From Guillardia theta CCMP2712 (taxonomy: Eukaryota; Protista; Cryptophyta), in assembly GCF_000315625.1 (NCBI RefSeq), contig NW_005434647.1, positions 687,998 to 751,997 on the forward strand: a DNA stretch of 64,000 nt, written 5' to 3'. This document shows, piece by piece, positions 1 through 13,441 of this stretch. Both the position numbers and the translations under genes were made by a program. The notes under the pieces were generated by a model. It was not told the origin of the DNA and searched no databases. It saw only the letters and a program-made list of their open reading frames with translations. Position 1 is the stretch's first letter. Each line of letters starts with the position of its first letter.

Positions 1-988
1 GGGAGAGGTTTGGATTCGACGTGTGGAGGGGGTAAGGAGAGCAAGGAGGGAAGAAAGACGACGAGGGACGACGAGGACGACGAGAGCAATGAGGAGGATG
101 GCGAAGAGGAGGAGGGGGGGGGGGGGGGGGAGGAGGAGATCGGCGAGGACAGGGAGGCAGGAAGGCAGAGTATCTTCGGCTGCTCACCAGCATTGCTGAA
201 AGAATCCCTGCAGGGGGTGGGGTAGCAATTACTGAAGTACGGGTACTACAAAGCTCTTGAAAGTGGGTAGGGGGTGAGAGGGGCCTGGACTTTTAAGGGA
301 TTGGGGGGGTGGTTGTAAGACGGTAATAAGAACCGGTGAGGGCGACCGCAGTGTGTATTCAAGGGGGTGGTCAAGTAGCGGTGGTATGATGTACCCCTTG
401 ATGCCCACTTTTGAGTTTATATACCCCGTCAAAATACCAGAAGCCATGGATTATACAAGGGTATGGTTATATACCCTACCTGGTCAACAAGCCAATCTTT
501 ATTGGAGTACCCCTCCCTTCCATCACCCATCCTTGCCTGAAAGGGGGGCACTAAAATAAAAACCCTCAAGGTTTTGCGTATGTGTAACCATAATGATGGC
601 AGACCAAATGTTCCCGGGGCCCGGGCCGGGAAGCTGGCCGGGAAGAACTCTCAGTGACAATTGGTGGTCTACCGGTTTACGCGGCTACAGCACAGGTGGG
701 GGAGAAAGGCTTCAAAAATGCACAAAAGCAAATGAGGGCGGATGAAATGCTGAGCGTGCGAGGGAGGAGGAGGAGCTGAAGGTGTAGAGAGGACAGAGAT
801 GGAGACAGAGATCAAGACGGAGATGCAGATGCAGATGCAGATGATGGCAGAGACGGAGATTATGCTGTAAGAGTCCTTGAAAGATTGTGCGAGGTACTTG
901 GTAGAAGAAGAGAGCAGAGAAGGAACACAGCACAGCTAGATCGCGTGCTTCCTGAGCAGCTTCTGCTGACAATAGAAATCGTCTGGAC

Positions 989-3900
989 ATGGCGAACCTG
1001 GTCGCCAGGGTGCTCGAGAAGCGCATCGCCCACATCTTCACAAACTTCCAGCCTGGCAAGAACGCAACCTCTTCCTTGCTCAAAGGTGAAGGGACGGCCA
1101 AGGACCTGGAATTCAACAAGACCTTCATCAACAGCTACCTCCCGCTCAACTACACGGCCGTCTCAGCCACATGCAAGAAGATGCAGTGGTACGTGTCTGT
1201 GATGTCTCTGGGCAAGAGCGGGAAGGATCCCATCGTGGTGGTAGTGACGGGGATATCGATCGTGATCCAGCAGCTGCCAGCACATCAGGTGCGGACAGCA
1301 TGGAAGGACAAGAAGAAGAAGCGGTCCAAGGGGAAGGAGCAGATGCGGGTGAAGAGGAACGCCATCATACAAGGGATCAAGGTGCAGGCGTCAGACTTGA
1401 GCGTCAAGATCCAGTTCCTTAGTGACGCAGGTGGCGCATCCTCGATTCCTCCTGCCCCCTCGTTCGTCCAGCTGGAGATGGGGAGCGTGCGGGTGACGAG
1501 CACAAACTCGCAGTGGCAGGAGGTCAACGACATCAACAAGGTGTACGTGATAAACGGGGTGACTAACGAGGCGCTGTCCTTCAAGAAGGTTGAGATTACA
1601 GGATGCGCGACTCGCTTCTGGCACCCGCTGTCGCAGAGAGGGCAGGGAGGAGGAGAGGCGAGGAAGCTGTTCGAGGGGTTGAGCATACACTGCAAGTTCT
1701 CAACCAAGAGGAGGTGCCAGGACTGGAAGCTGCAGAGCTTCAAGGTTGATCTCGAGATCCCGCAAGTCTCGTCCTCGCTGTCTAGGAGAGACGTCATGAT
1801 GCTCAAGGCGATCGCTGGGGCCCTCAAGACGGTGAGCAAGGGGAAGACCGACGACCTGCACGCGCGGACGTTCTCCTCCAACTCTCTCTCGGACATGGTG
1901 GATGAGGCGGCGGAGGACGAGGCGGAGGACGAGGCGGTGGAGTCGCAGGAGAGCATGGACGCTGAGAGCTTGGACTCGCTCCTCGAGTCTCAAGCTCGCT
2001 GGTCAGACAGCGACGCCAAGTGGTGCCCCTACATCGACAACAGCATCGAGCTCCTCGTCCGAGAGGTCCAGCTCAGCACGCACAAAGAAGAGGAAGGGAG
2101 GGGGAGGGGGAAGGGAGGGAGGAAGGAGGAGGAGGAGGAGGAGGAGGAGTTCTTGGCGCTTCTTACAGGCATGCACATTCGTTTCTGGCCCGCTCAGAAG
2201 TCAAAGACGTCCATGCCCAGCAGGACTGACAACCTCCTCGAGCTCGTCGTCCGTCTCTTCACGCTGAAGCAGAGCAACGCGGAAGAGGATAAGCTTCCTC
2301 CGCACCTCTCGCTCGTCAAGCCCTCGACGGATCAGGAGGGGGAGGCGGCGGCTGACTCATTTCAAGATGTTCTCTCCCTCTCTGCCCAGTGGCCGTCTTA
2401 GCTCCACATGGGAGGAGGAGGAGGAGGAGGAGGAGGAGGACGAGGAGGAGGAGGAGGAGGAGGAGGAGGTGGAAGCAACGCCTCGGTCCGGGTCCAACTC
2501 GCTCCCCTTGTGCTCGTGTGGGATGCTTCTGCCTGGATGAAGCTGTTCCGGACATTCCTGACGGAGGACGTGAGCCAGCGGCTGAGCAAACATGACCTGC
2601 TGCTTTCCTCGCCGCTGGGGGAGAAGAAGAAGAAGAAGGACAAGGTAGGGATGAACTTCCAACTGGAGACCCGCTCCCTCTCCGTCCTCCTCCCCGTCTA
2701 CAGGCAGGAGCAGGAGGACGGCGAAGTTCGTCTGCGCGTGACTGAGCTGCGGCTGGACATCTCCGAGCTCTCTGCCAGCTTCCTCCCCAGCTCGAAGCAG
2801 GAGTGCCTCACTGCTGGGGGGCTGCAGGAGATTCGAGCCTCCTCCTTCCCCTGGGCCCCGGGGGACAGCAGGGAAGTCTCCTCCCTCCAGGCCCTCCAGT
2901 CCACTGTGGATGCGACCAGGATCGAGATGGCGAGCGTGTCGCTGAGCTGTGCGGAGGAGGAGGAGGCGTACGCGCGGGAGCTCTTGTCGATCCAGGAGGG
3001 GAGGATCATCCTACTCCGCAACAGGAGGTGGAACGTGGACAGCGAGCTGCGGCCCGATGAGAGGAGGGTGCATGTAGAGGTCAGAAGAAGCGCGCAGGCG
3101 GAGCTCCGGTCTGAGGATCTACTCCTCGTCCTCTCCCTGTGGGACAACTTTCGGAACAACCCGGTGGCCCGTGCGATGAGGGAGGAGGAGGAAGAGGTGA
3201 AGCAAATGCTGCAAGCTCTGCAGGCTGCTCACCTTGGAGCCACGTCCTACAACAACTCGAGGAAGGGGATGCAGCTGCTGCAGGAGCCCAAGAAGAGAAA
3301 AGTCGCCCTCCTCTCCGCGAGGGTCAATGGTCTGCTCCCTCGTCCTCTACCTCGACTATCGTCCCTCCTTCAATTGTTCCGTCCTCACTTTCCACCTCAT
3401 TCACTCCTTCTCTCCTCCCCTCCTCTCCTCTCCTCTCCTCCCCTCCCCTCTCCTCCCTTCCCCTCCCCTCTTCTCTCCTCCCCTCCCCTCCCCTCCTCTC
3501 CTCTCCTCTCCTCTCCTCTCCTCTCCTCTCCTCTCCTTCTCTCCTCCCCTCCTCTCCTCTCCTCTCCTCTCCTCCCCTCCCCTCCCCTCCCCTCCCCTCC
3601 CATCCTCTCTTCTCCTCTCCTTCTCTCCTCTCCTCTCCTCTCCTCTCTTTGCCCTTCACCCGCCGTTTGCTTCATCCTTGTCATTGCCATCCTCCCTCCC
3701 ATTCTCCTTCTGTCCGTCTCTGACCGGCGGCCCTCAGGTCTCGCTCTTGCCGTGCTCTGCAGCTCAGGGGAAGAATTTCGCGTCTCCTCAGGTTTCGTAG
3801 ACGCCATCGTTGAGAGCGCCTCCTCCTCCTCCTCCTCCTCCTCCTCCTCCTCTCATCTCAAGCTCCTCTGCGAGAACTTCTACGTCTTCCTTGGCACTGG

Positions 3901-4283
3901 AGGTCTCAGACCCTGGAGGACAGGAGGAAGCGTGCTGTGCAGGCTGGAGAGGAGGAGGATGAGGAAGAAGGAGGACAAGGCTTTGCTTGCTGTGCTGCAT
4001 GTGGACGGCGTGAGGTTGGAGGTGGACAGGAAGGCGATCAAAAGCTTCAGGAAAATGGCGAAGTCAGTGAAGGAGGAGCTGGGAAGGAGAGCAGGCAGCG
4101 CGCAGCTGAAGACCAAGGGGAGCGGTGGGAGCAAGAAGGACAAGAAGGGGGAGAGCGGTCTATCGTCCTCCTCCTCTTCCAAGGGAGGGAAGGAAGGGAA
4201 GATGATGCGGGGAGTACACTTTCTCCTCCGCTTCTCGCAGAGCTCACTGGTGCTCTCCAACTTCTTCCTTCCTCCCGGCACAG
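989..4283 (+). CDS. BLTP3/UHRF1BP1(SHIP164)-like bridge-like lipid transfer protein (chorein-N type N-terminus); multi-exon, runs into the assembly gap
   Basis: N-terminal LLKGEGTAKDLEFN, IIQGIKVQASDLSVKIQF and QLEMGSVRVTSTNSQWQE..EALSFKKV recall the UHRF1BP1L N-terminus (LKGEGELKNLELD, VVEGISVSVNSIVIRI, FELSQLRIYSVNAHW..EVLTFKEI) from memory. In-frame TAG at 2399-2401 is unresolved. CT-rich intron at ~3325-3740. Confidence 0.7.
3405..3650. repeat. (CTCTC/CTCCC)n polypyrimidine microsatellite, intronic
   Basis: Directly visible pentamer run. Confidence 0.9.
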
Positions 4284-4383
4284 NNNNNNNNNNNNNNNNN
4301 NNNNNNNNNNNNNNNNNNNNNNNNNNNNNNNNNNNNNNNNNNNNNNNNNNNNNNNNNNNNNNNNNNNNNNNNNNNNNNNNNNN
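4284..4383. other. Assembly gap (100 N)
   Basis: Run of N. Confidence 1.
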
Positions 4384-4525
4384 TGGTGTACAACCCGTGT
4401 TCAGCCAACCCCCCCCCCCCCCCCCCCAACCTCCTCCCTCCCCTCCCCTTCCTCCTACTGTTGCCATCGTCCCATTCACCTTGCTCAGCAGCTTATCCAC
4501 TTTCAACCTCTAGGATACGTCAGCA

Positions 4526-5868
4526 TCACTTCAAGCTGCACAAAAACTCACAGGCACGGGCTCTGGCGCGGCCGTCTCCTCCTCCTCCTCCTCCTCCTCC
4601 TCCTCCTCCTTTCTGAGAAGCTGCTGCTGCTTCCTTCGTGCTCCATCCTGCTGTTCTCGCGCCCTTCTCTCTTCCCCGGACGAGTTCGTGTCATCAAGGA
4701 ACATCTGCGCAGACCTGTCGCCCTGCTGATGCTGCTGCTGATGCTGCTGCTGATGCTCCTCCTCCTCCTCCTCCTCCCTTCCTCCTCGACGGTCCCTCGG
4801 CTCCTCGTGTTCCTCCTCCTTGCTCCTGCTCGCCGCGATGCAAACCAGAGCAGAACTGTCGGTGAGACCTGCTACCTGAAGGAAGGGGTGAGCAGAAGCT
4901 GGTGGGGGAGCAGGAGGAGATCGGAGGAGATCTTCTCTTAAACTGGAGAGAGATCAGGAAGGAAGAGGGGGCACAGGAGGAGCAAGAAAAACGGAGAGGA
5001 GGAACATGAGAACGAGGAGGAGGAGGAACATGAGAACGAGGAGGAGGAGGAGGAGGAGGAGGAGAAAGGCGAGGAGGGAAACCTGGATCTGGAGGGCATG
5101 AACTTTGTTTTGAAGCGAGTTCAACCTCTGAGAGGAGCGGGAGAAACGAGCGTGAGCGACAAGAAGAGAAAGAAACAAACAAGGAGGAGAGGAGGAGGAG
5201 AGGAGGAGAGGAGGAGGAGGAGGAGGAGAGGAGGAGGAGAGGAGGAGGAGAGGAGAGGCGAAGAGAGCAGAGGGAAATTTAAAAGAGGTGGGGAAAGAGG
5301 GCAGAGTGACCACACGGAAGAGAGAGGAGGAGAGGGGAGGCGAAGTGGGAGCAGAACAAGGGAGGAGAAGAACGGGCAAGGGAGAGAGGAGGGAAGGATG
5401 GAGGGGAAGGAAGCCAGGAGGAGGAGGAGGAGGAGGAGGAGGAGGAGCAAGGAGGAGGAGGAGGAGCAAGGAGGAGGTGGGCTGTGAACCTCTTTCAGAG
5501 GCTGAACTTGCAACTTGAGGTCGAACACGTCGTCTACGAGCGAGGATGTTTCTGCCCCTCCTGCTGCTCTTGACTGCACGTCATACATCATCTTCCGAAA
5601 CGAGGACATGTCCTGGTCCACCTCCCCCTGCGATGGACAGAAGGAACTTTTCAGCATCCTCCTCTTCCCCACCCCACTCAACCACGTCCCCCAACTCCTG
5701 CTGCTGCTCCTCCCCCCACTCTCCTTCTTCTCTATGCTATCCTCCTCCTCCTCGTACTACTACTACTACTGCTACCTCTCCTTCTTCTCTATGCTATCCT
5801 CCTCCTCCTCGTACTACTACTACTACTGCTACCTCTCCTTCTTCTCTATGCTATCCTCCTCCTCCTCG

Positions 5869-5908
<40 letters not shown>

Positions 5909-8438
5909 ACGGTCCTGCATCTTCTTCATTCTATCCTCCCCCTCCCTCTCCCCTGTTGTCTCCTCTTACTCCTCCATCACCTTGATCCTCCTCATCTCCT
6001 CCAGCATGCGAGCAAGGGACTGGGACCTCCCGCCGACTCCAGACTCGCCGCTCTCCGTCTCGCTCTCCTCCTCCCTTCCCTTCCTCAGCGTACTCAGCAA
6101 CATCTCCTTCCCGCCTCCGCTCATGCCAATGTGTCTGATCATCACAGCGATGTCATGGAACCGTTTCTCATACACCTTGTGCATCTCCTGCAGACGTTCC
6201 TCTACCTGCTCCTCCTCTCTCCCCGTCCGCCTCCTCCCCGGCTCCTCCTCCTGCGACATCTTCGCGCTCATGGCACCGATAACTTGCACGACCTCGTTGA
6301 TCATCCCCTGCATCCTCTCCATCCCTGCTCCCTGCTCCCCCTCGACGCTCTTCAGCTCCTCCACTGCCTCCTGCAGCGGCACCATGCTTGCTTGAAGGTC
6401 TTCCGCCTGTCAGCAGAAGGAAGTGAGATGGAAAGAGGAGAGGGGACTGAAGGAAGGGAATTTGGAGGAGGAGATCAAGGAAATGAAGTTGTTCTTGGCG
6501 GTAAAGGAGATGCTCAAGGTAAGGTGATGTTCGTGACAAAAGAAATGATGACGACGATGACGATGACGATGACGATGACAATGGGAGGAGGAGGAAAAAG
6601 AGGAGGTAATGGTGGTGGAGCAAGAAAAGGAGGAGGAGCAAGAAAATCCATCAAACGCATGGAGAGGAAGAGAAGGGTCAGAACAAAGGGGATGATGTTG
6701 TTACCAGCTGATTGATCTTGATAGCAGTCGAGCTGATGTTGTCTTCCTGCTCTACATCTCAATCCCCTTCCTCACCCTCGTCATCAGCTCACGCAGTGTC
6801 GAATCTTATTCAGAAGCTCCAAACTTCTTGCCTCCTGGTTGGACGCGAGTGAGCGAGAAAACAGAATGTCATCCTCGACGAACCTGCGCCTGGGCCAAGT
6901 CTCTTTCCTTCTCATCCTGTTGGTCCAATATCAATGCGGGAGAGAAAGTACATGATGAACAAACTCCATCAAGATACCCGATGGCCATCAATGACATTAT
7001 CATCGTGATCGTAATCGTCACCATCATCTCAATCAGTACCACCACCACCACCACTACCAGTATTATTACTGATGATCATCTAGCAGCTGACCTGATAGTT
7101 TGTTTTGATCTGCAACGCGCGAATCTTTTCGTCCTGTTGATACAATCAGCAATTACTAGCAAGTGACTACAGAAAGACATGGAGAGATGAAGGCACAGGA
7201 ATGCAAACAGACAGACACAAGAACCAACATAAGCTCCAACAAACGTCCATACAAACATGCACAGCGCAACTCGTCAACTTTGATGATCATCCCACAGCAA
7301 TCAGCACGAGCAATCACAATCAACCAGAGATGAAATTTTCTTGTCCGCTTCATCTCGAGCGCTTTGAGCATGCTCCCGCGTCTCCATCGCGTGCTCCAGC
7401 CTGTCGCATCGCGCTACCATGGCGGCTATACTCTTCTCCATGCTCTGCACCGCCTGCACTGCCGTGCCTTCCTTGTCCACTTGCTTCGCGTTCAACCTGC
7501 TCCGCAGCTGCTCTACTTCCTTCCTCAGCTCCGCATGATTCTGATTCACCTCCTCCTGCTTCTTAACCATCTCCCTCCGCATCTCCTTCCTCTCATTGTT
7601 TCGGTGCTCTTCGATTTCATCCACCTTCCTCCTGTAGTCATCCATGAAGTACCTGACTTCTTCTTGCCAGCGGAGCAGATTGTTGAGAGTCTTCTCGGCC
7701 TTGCTCCTCTTTTCTCTCTCCTCTGCCAGCTTCTTCTTCACCTCCTCGAGCTCCTCGTCCACCCCGACGAGGCGCGACGAGACCTCAGTCAGGACCTCCT
7801 TCTTGGACTCCTCCATCTTCGTTTGCACCTGTTGGCTTTTACTCTCCATCTCGTGCTTCACGTTTGCAAACAGCCTGTCGATATCGGAGGAGAGGGTAAA
7901 TCGTTGACGATACTGATACGACACGTCTAGGGGTTGAGCCGACATGTCTACACTGCCCTGAAGAGATTCAGCAAGCGAGTTGAGGATAGAACTTGATCTG
8001 TTGCTCTTCGGTGCCGACGATCTGGTTTGAGAGATGGAGCGAAGGATACTTTCTGTGTTGGCAAGAGATCTGTCCGTCGACGCTTTCCAGTCGTCCAGCA
8101 TTGCGAGGTACTACCCTTACCCGAAAGTTCTGCAGCATGAAAATTCAGTTCACGACGATTCTGCTAATGGTGGCAAGTGCATGAATTGGTTAAGAAGTCA
8201 ACATCAAGATTCGACGTTGTCCAACAGATAGTGTTAATGACTGCAGCTTTTGTATATCTCAAACAACAATTCTCATACGGCTTGTAATCCAGCGAAACTC
8301 TACTACGTTCCTCCTACGTCGCTGGTTGAGGTATCTTGTATCTAGCTGATACTGTCCTTCTCATTCACCATTCGTTTTTTGCCTGCGCTCTTGCTACCAA
8401 CCATCATGCCTTCGCTCGCCTGTTCCCACTCTCGCCAT
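4526..8438 (-). CDS. Multi-exon coiled-coil protein of unknown function (ends approximate)
   Basis: E/K/Q/L-rich heptad ORFs at 7301-8101 and 5966-6385, plus smaller exons with GT-AG boundaries. Confidence 0.45.
5721..5888. repeat. 57-bp tandem repeat x3, intronic
   Basis: Unit ctccttcttctctatgctatcctcctcctcctcgtactactactactactgctacct at 5721, 5778, 5835. Confidence 0.9.
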
Positions 8439-8604
8439 GTAGAACAGTGTACACGCCTAGGCGAACGTAAGAGTGACAGTTTGAGAATATTCAATTAATT
8501 TTGAACATTTCACAGTGAGAGTTCAAATTACTGAGCATGTTCAATTTGATTGTTCAATACCGTTAGAATTTTCTTTTTTTTAGTTCAATCTACAGCCTTG
8601 TAAC

Positions 8605-9240
8605 TCCCGGATCGCGGCCCGGAGTCGCCGGGCGTGAACGAGCGGCCACGGCCGGCGGGCCCGGGCCGGGAGCGGCCTGGCTCACGCCCGCCGGCGGGGG
8701 GGCCGGGCCGGGCGCCGGGTCGCAACCGCGCCCGGCCGTCAGGCTCAGGGACTCGAAGTTCTAACTGACAGACGGTGTGACGGAAGTTCCGACTGGGCGA
8801 TTCAACTTGACTCTGTGATCCGACTCTACGGGCGTTTCGTACGGTCGCCGTGCCGTACCGTACTGTAGCCGGGTACGGTAGACTAAGTCAGTGTATCTTA
8901 GTAGCAGTGCTGATCCGCCGCCATGATGATCATCATGGCACTGTTCGGAACGCCGCCGGGCACTGACCGATGACGTGCCCGGACTTGCAAAGCCTCTGAT
9001 CGCCGTCGGATCAGCTCGGCCGCGCCGCGGCGAGCCAGTTTCATCACATGATTGAAATGACTAGTTATTCTGCCAGGCTGCTCAGCTACTAACTTGAGTT
9101 TGTGACAGTTACACTGTGACGGGTGTTGCAGAGTCAGTCATGCCATGACCGTCCGATGATAGGATGAAGTTGGATCATCGGATAGCAGAGCAGTTGCGAG
9201 TCACGGTCTGTCAGGTCTCTCAGCAGAGGCAAGATTGCTG
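8605..9240. other. GC-rich intergenic island
   Basis: Dense ccgg/gccg/cggt/agt/act/tcag words, no credible ORF. Confidence 0.7.
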
Positions 9241-9321
9241 TCAAGTTTCAGCTTATTCATCACTCAAGTCCACGTCCATAACACTCGTCGGCTTCGTCTT
9301 GTGTCCTCTCTCTCAGTCTCC

Positions 9322-9873
9322 TCAAGCCTGAGCTGATCCCCACACCACCTTGCCAAATTCTGGGCGAGTCTCGAGCTGCTCACGCACCCACTTGACAGCC
9401 ATGATGATGGAGTCCGGGACAGGGCGTGCGGTCATCGGAGCACTGCCGATGTCGAGGTAGCGCACGGAGCCATCCTCCTTGATGAAGAACCAAGCAGGCT
9501 CGCTGAACTTGTGCTTCTGCTCGATGTAGTTGGTCGGGTCGCTGATAAAGAGTCCCAGCTTCTGCATGGTCGAAGGCTCCAAGCCGTAGGCGACATCGAA
9601 GGAGATGCCGCAGTTAGCGACGGTCGTCTTGGCTTCGGGCTCCTTGTCTGCCGAGATCGCGATGACCTTGACGTTGATCTCCTCGAAGGACTTGAGAGCT
9701 GCTTGCAGGCTCTTGAGAGTGCCCTGGCAGAAGGGGCAGAAGTTTCCACGGTAGAACACGACGAGGGTCTCGGTGTTCTTGTAGGGGAAGGTGACCTCTC
9801 CTCCTCCGACCTTGGGGAGAGTCAGAGAGGGGAAGGCGCTGCCAGGAGCAAGGGAGGTACGTGTGGACGACAT
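9322..9873 (-). CDS. Peroxiredoxin-like (AhpC/TSA, PRX_like2-type) redoxin, copy A
   Basis: Intronless 183 aa; VVFYRGNFCPFC CxxC motif, VIAISAD, FSEPAWFFIKEDGSVRY. Confidence 0.9.
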   Translation of the reverse strand: MSSTRTSLAPGSAFPSLTLPKVGGGEVTFPYKNTETLVVFYRGNFCPFCQGTLKSLQAALKSFEEINVKVIAISADKEPEAKTTVANCGISFDVAYGLEPSTMQKLGLFISDPTNYIEQKHKFSEPAWFFIKEDGSVRYLDIGSAPMTARPVPDSIIMAVKWVREQLETRPEFGKVVWGSAQA

Positions 9874-10029
9874 GGCGGTGTGAGAATGACGTGGGTGCAG
9901 GACCGGTGTTTTGACTAGGGATTAAGGGGGTAGAGGGTTACCCGTACAGCCTGTCGTGCCGAGTCACGGGACAATCCCGGAAGGCCGCATGATCCACTGC
10001 TGTTCCTTAAAAAAAAGAGCTGTAAAGTG

Positions 10030-10570
10030 GCAGCTGACCAGTGACACTTTACTCAACCAGTAGTAGTCAAGACTCGACTTGTACCCGGACCGACTCGACC
10101 CGGTGCCTGCCCGGCCGCTGCCGGGCGGCAGTGCTGAGTGCCGTCGCCGGACAGTCCGATCATCGTCTCACAGAGTCACGAGTCAGTCGGAGTGCCTGCC
10201 AGTCACAGTGGCACCGCCGCCTCGCCGGGGGGCCCGACCCGGGCGGTGCCGGCGCCCAACTCGGGCCGGGCCGGGCGGCCGCCGCCACTGGCTGGGTCAC
10301 AGCGACGGTCCGATCTGGCACCAACAGTTGGTGATCGGACCGCCGAGGTTCCGGGCCATCATGGCATCGGATGGCACATGATGATGCCATGGGCTGTGCA
10401 GTGCGGACACACTCAGCTGGCGGCGCCCCGGCCCGGGCCCGCCAGTCGGAAAGATGCTAGGGCCGGGCTACTGTAGCCTAGTAGTGACTCTGTGAGGTGC
10501 CACTCCCCGCCAGTCGGGTGACGGTAGTATAACTAGTCCCGGACGGTCACTGAGTAATGTACGGTATGCC
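10030..10570. other. GC-rich intergenic island
   Basis: Same vocabulary as 8605-9240. Confidence 0.7.
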
Positions 10571-10631
10571 ATGATAGTTTCAAGTAGCATATCAGTGTGC
10601 CGGGTTTTCAAGTTTCATTGTTTTAACATTC

Positions 10632-12363
10632 TTATTTCCTGTCTCCATGCATCGCGCTCTCTGCTCAGCAAAGTCACCGGGAGTCCTTCAGCCTCTCCCC
10701 TCCGACCTACCAAGAACCAGCAGCGTCTCCCGTGCCCTCGCGTGCTGAGGGTGAACCTTGAGCGCCATTTCGATGGTCTTCTTCCCGGTTTCTACTTGCC
10801 CCGCCTGTCCTCCTCTCACCATCCTCCGAGACTCCCAACCCTTCCTCCCCCTCACCTGGATCGCTGCTATCCCCTGTGCAAAGAAGTGCTCAGCATAGTC
10901 TGGCCCCTGTCGCTGCGCTCAGTCGCACGCAGCAAGACACGAGAGGTAGTTGCCTGTCCTGATGCGGCATAGGAGCGAGCGAACAAGTCGTCGGCCAGGT
11001 CTTGATGCCCTTCAACGTCCTCAGCTACACTGAACGAGCTTCGCCCATGTACCTGACGCGTCCAGAAATTCTCCATGGAGCCAGAGGATCTTGGCGTTGA
11101 CCTCCGGCCTGTCCACTCCGGACTCAGCGTACCTACCGCACCGTCACTAGGAGCAGGGCCCTGAGTCGAGCCAGTGCTCACTGGTCAAGGATGGCGTGAT
11201 TCCTAGCGGCGAGCTGGAAGTAGCGGACTCTCTCGTTCAGATAGTCAGCTGATTTCCTAACAGCTGCAGCCAGCAAGTCTGTCAGGATGCTGCAGCGGCC
11301 AGAAGCGCCTGACCCTCTGACTTGTCGTTGGTGGCGCAGGAGGCGATGATGAAGGTGTGTCGGAGACCCTCGGTGATATCATGAACCTGCGGCTTCCACA
11401 TAAGAGGAGAGCAGGGGGAAGAGATGGAGGGAGGAAGAGGGAGGGAGGGAGGGAGGGAGGGGCTGGCACAGCTATTGGATACAAGGCAGCATACCTTGTG
11501 AGGAAAGGCAGCAGGATAGAAGTACATATCTCCCTGCTCCGCGACGACGTTGATTGCACCCACCTATCAGCATCGTCATTGCAAGTGTGATGGTAGAAAG
11601 ACAACAGCGAACTTGAAGCTCTCCCCCCTTGTACTTGTCCCTTGCAGATAGCATGATGTTAATGTTGATCGTTCTGCTCGTCCCTGCTCAACTTTTCAGA
11701 ACTGCGCGAGCGATGGCAAGTTTGATTCACCATCGTTGGGTTTCGTGTCAATGTGGAAGTCAAAGAAGTATCCGGCCTTGAACTCATGAAGGAGATTGAA
11801 TTCCACCTGCATGTCCGAGTCAACCCTGACAAGCAGCAGAATGTCGGGCTGGTGCACATGATTGCGAAACTGCTCCGAGGTTGTTTCTGTCACGTTGAAG
11901 CCCCAGGGCAACATCAGCTTGGAAGTCTTAGAGGCCTGCAAGGGAGACCGCGTGAATGGGAGGATGTGCGGTGGTGGCAAGCAGAGTACATTGATCACTC
12001 TCTCGTAGATCCAGTCAAGCTTGCTCTCTTTCATGAGTTTGTTTTCCGCGTCTATCCGATTGATTCTTCTTACTCCCTTGTCATTCCGATGGTCCTGACA
12101 CCCTCATCTTCACTTCATCACAAGACAGCAGCTTGAACAACCTCGTCTACTTTGCATCTTTCCTTGAACAGTTCGATGATCGACTCGCACTCCTCCGGAG
12201 TGAACACCTTGTGAAAGAAAGCAACTCCGTGCTTCGCATACTCCATCACTTGCATACCCCTATCGGCTTCCTCCGGCAACTGTAGACGCCCGTCAACCCG
12301 CCCACCGAACCACATCAGAAGCACTCCCAGGCAAGTCAGTGATGCCCTAGTGACTCTCCTCAT
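10632..12363 (-). CDS. 2OG-Fe(II) dioxygenase (prolyl-hydroxylase/PKHD-like) with signal peptide and C-terminal TPR-like region; multi-exon
   Basis: VFTPEECESII; FDFHIDT (HxD); YKGGELQV; GDMYFYPAAFPH-KVHDITEGLRHTFI (His and 2OG-binding Arg); C-terminal IEMALKVHPQHARARETL. Confidence 0.8.
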
Positions 12364-12761
12364 CCTGTTCTCCTGGGCAGGAGGGGATCAGAGCTCCCAC
12401 TGTCGCTTCCAGTCTCTAGTGATCGTCACTGCCTTCTCTCTTTACATGTCTACTTCATTCTCTGCCTGTTCTTCTATCATCTGTCTATTCTGAATTGAGG
12501 TCACCGTGACAGCGTCCTTCCGCTGATTGCTATCGTAATAAGTGCTAGTCCTGTTTGCATCTGTTCTCCTCCTGCGAGCCCTCTCTCTCTGTCTCCCAAC
12601 CATCTTGTTGCTCAGGTTTAACTCTCCCCAGTTCCTTCCTCTCATCGATCGTTTCGTACAACATCTTGCCTCGCCACTCTGACGCGCTCGCATACCCGCT
12701 CCATTCCCTTTTCCCTCCCCCTCCTCCCCCTCCCCTTCCCTTTCCCCGTCTCCTTCATCCC

Positions 12762-12812
12762 CTGTCCTGTCCTGTCCTGTCCTGTCCTGTCCTGTCCTGT
12801 CCTGTCCTGTCC
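12762..12812. repeat. (CCTGT)n microsatellite
   Basis: Directly visible. Confidence 0.9.
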
Positions 12813-13441
12813 GTTCCTGTCCTCCCTTCCCCTGTCCTGCCCTCTTTCCTGCCCTCCTCTCACCTCTCCTCCCCCCCCCCCCTCCTCCTTCTCCTTCGGT
12901 TCCTTACCTCCATGGCCTCCTCCTGACAACACGTATGAAAATGCCCTAGGAAATGTCCTTCCGATATCCTACTTTCTTCTTCGTATGGCTGGCACTTTCC
13001 CCACACTGTTTACAGGGTATCCTTACACTCCCGGGTGGGGGTAATAATCTGTGCCAGTCACACAGAGAAAGGTGAGGGTACAAAAGGGACTTTATGAGGG
13101 TGGGGGTAATGTAAAGGTGGGTGAGGGTAGTTGATGTTGAATTGGTCGCTATGTCGTCGATTAGATGGTTGATGGAGGGAGGGAGGAGGAGCCGATGGCA
13201 TGGGGCAGGGAGGAGCGAAAAGTTCCGTGCCATGCCCATCAGCTCATTGACATCGAACAGAAACTTTGACGGAGGTGAGAAATCGCTCAGCTGCATCAGC
13301 ATCTTCAGACCATCGAGATTAGTTACAAGTTTGATCCTTGATGGAAAGACACCGGCGTCGGGAGACGGATGCATGTCTTTCTCGCACCACCACGTCGCAT
13401 CGAACAGTCTATACACGTCAACAAGCTGCCATGCTCGTTTC

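Noticed and set aside
3139-5681. Numerous low-complexity ORFs (poly-P/S/L/E/G/R)
   Set aside because: Translations of GGA/CCT and CT microsatellites.
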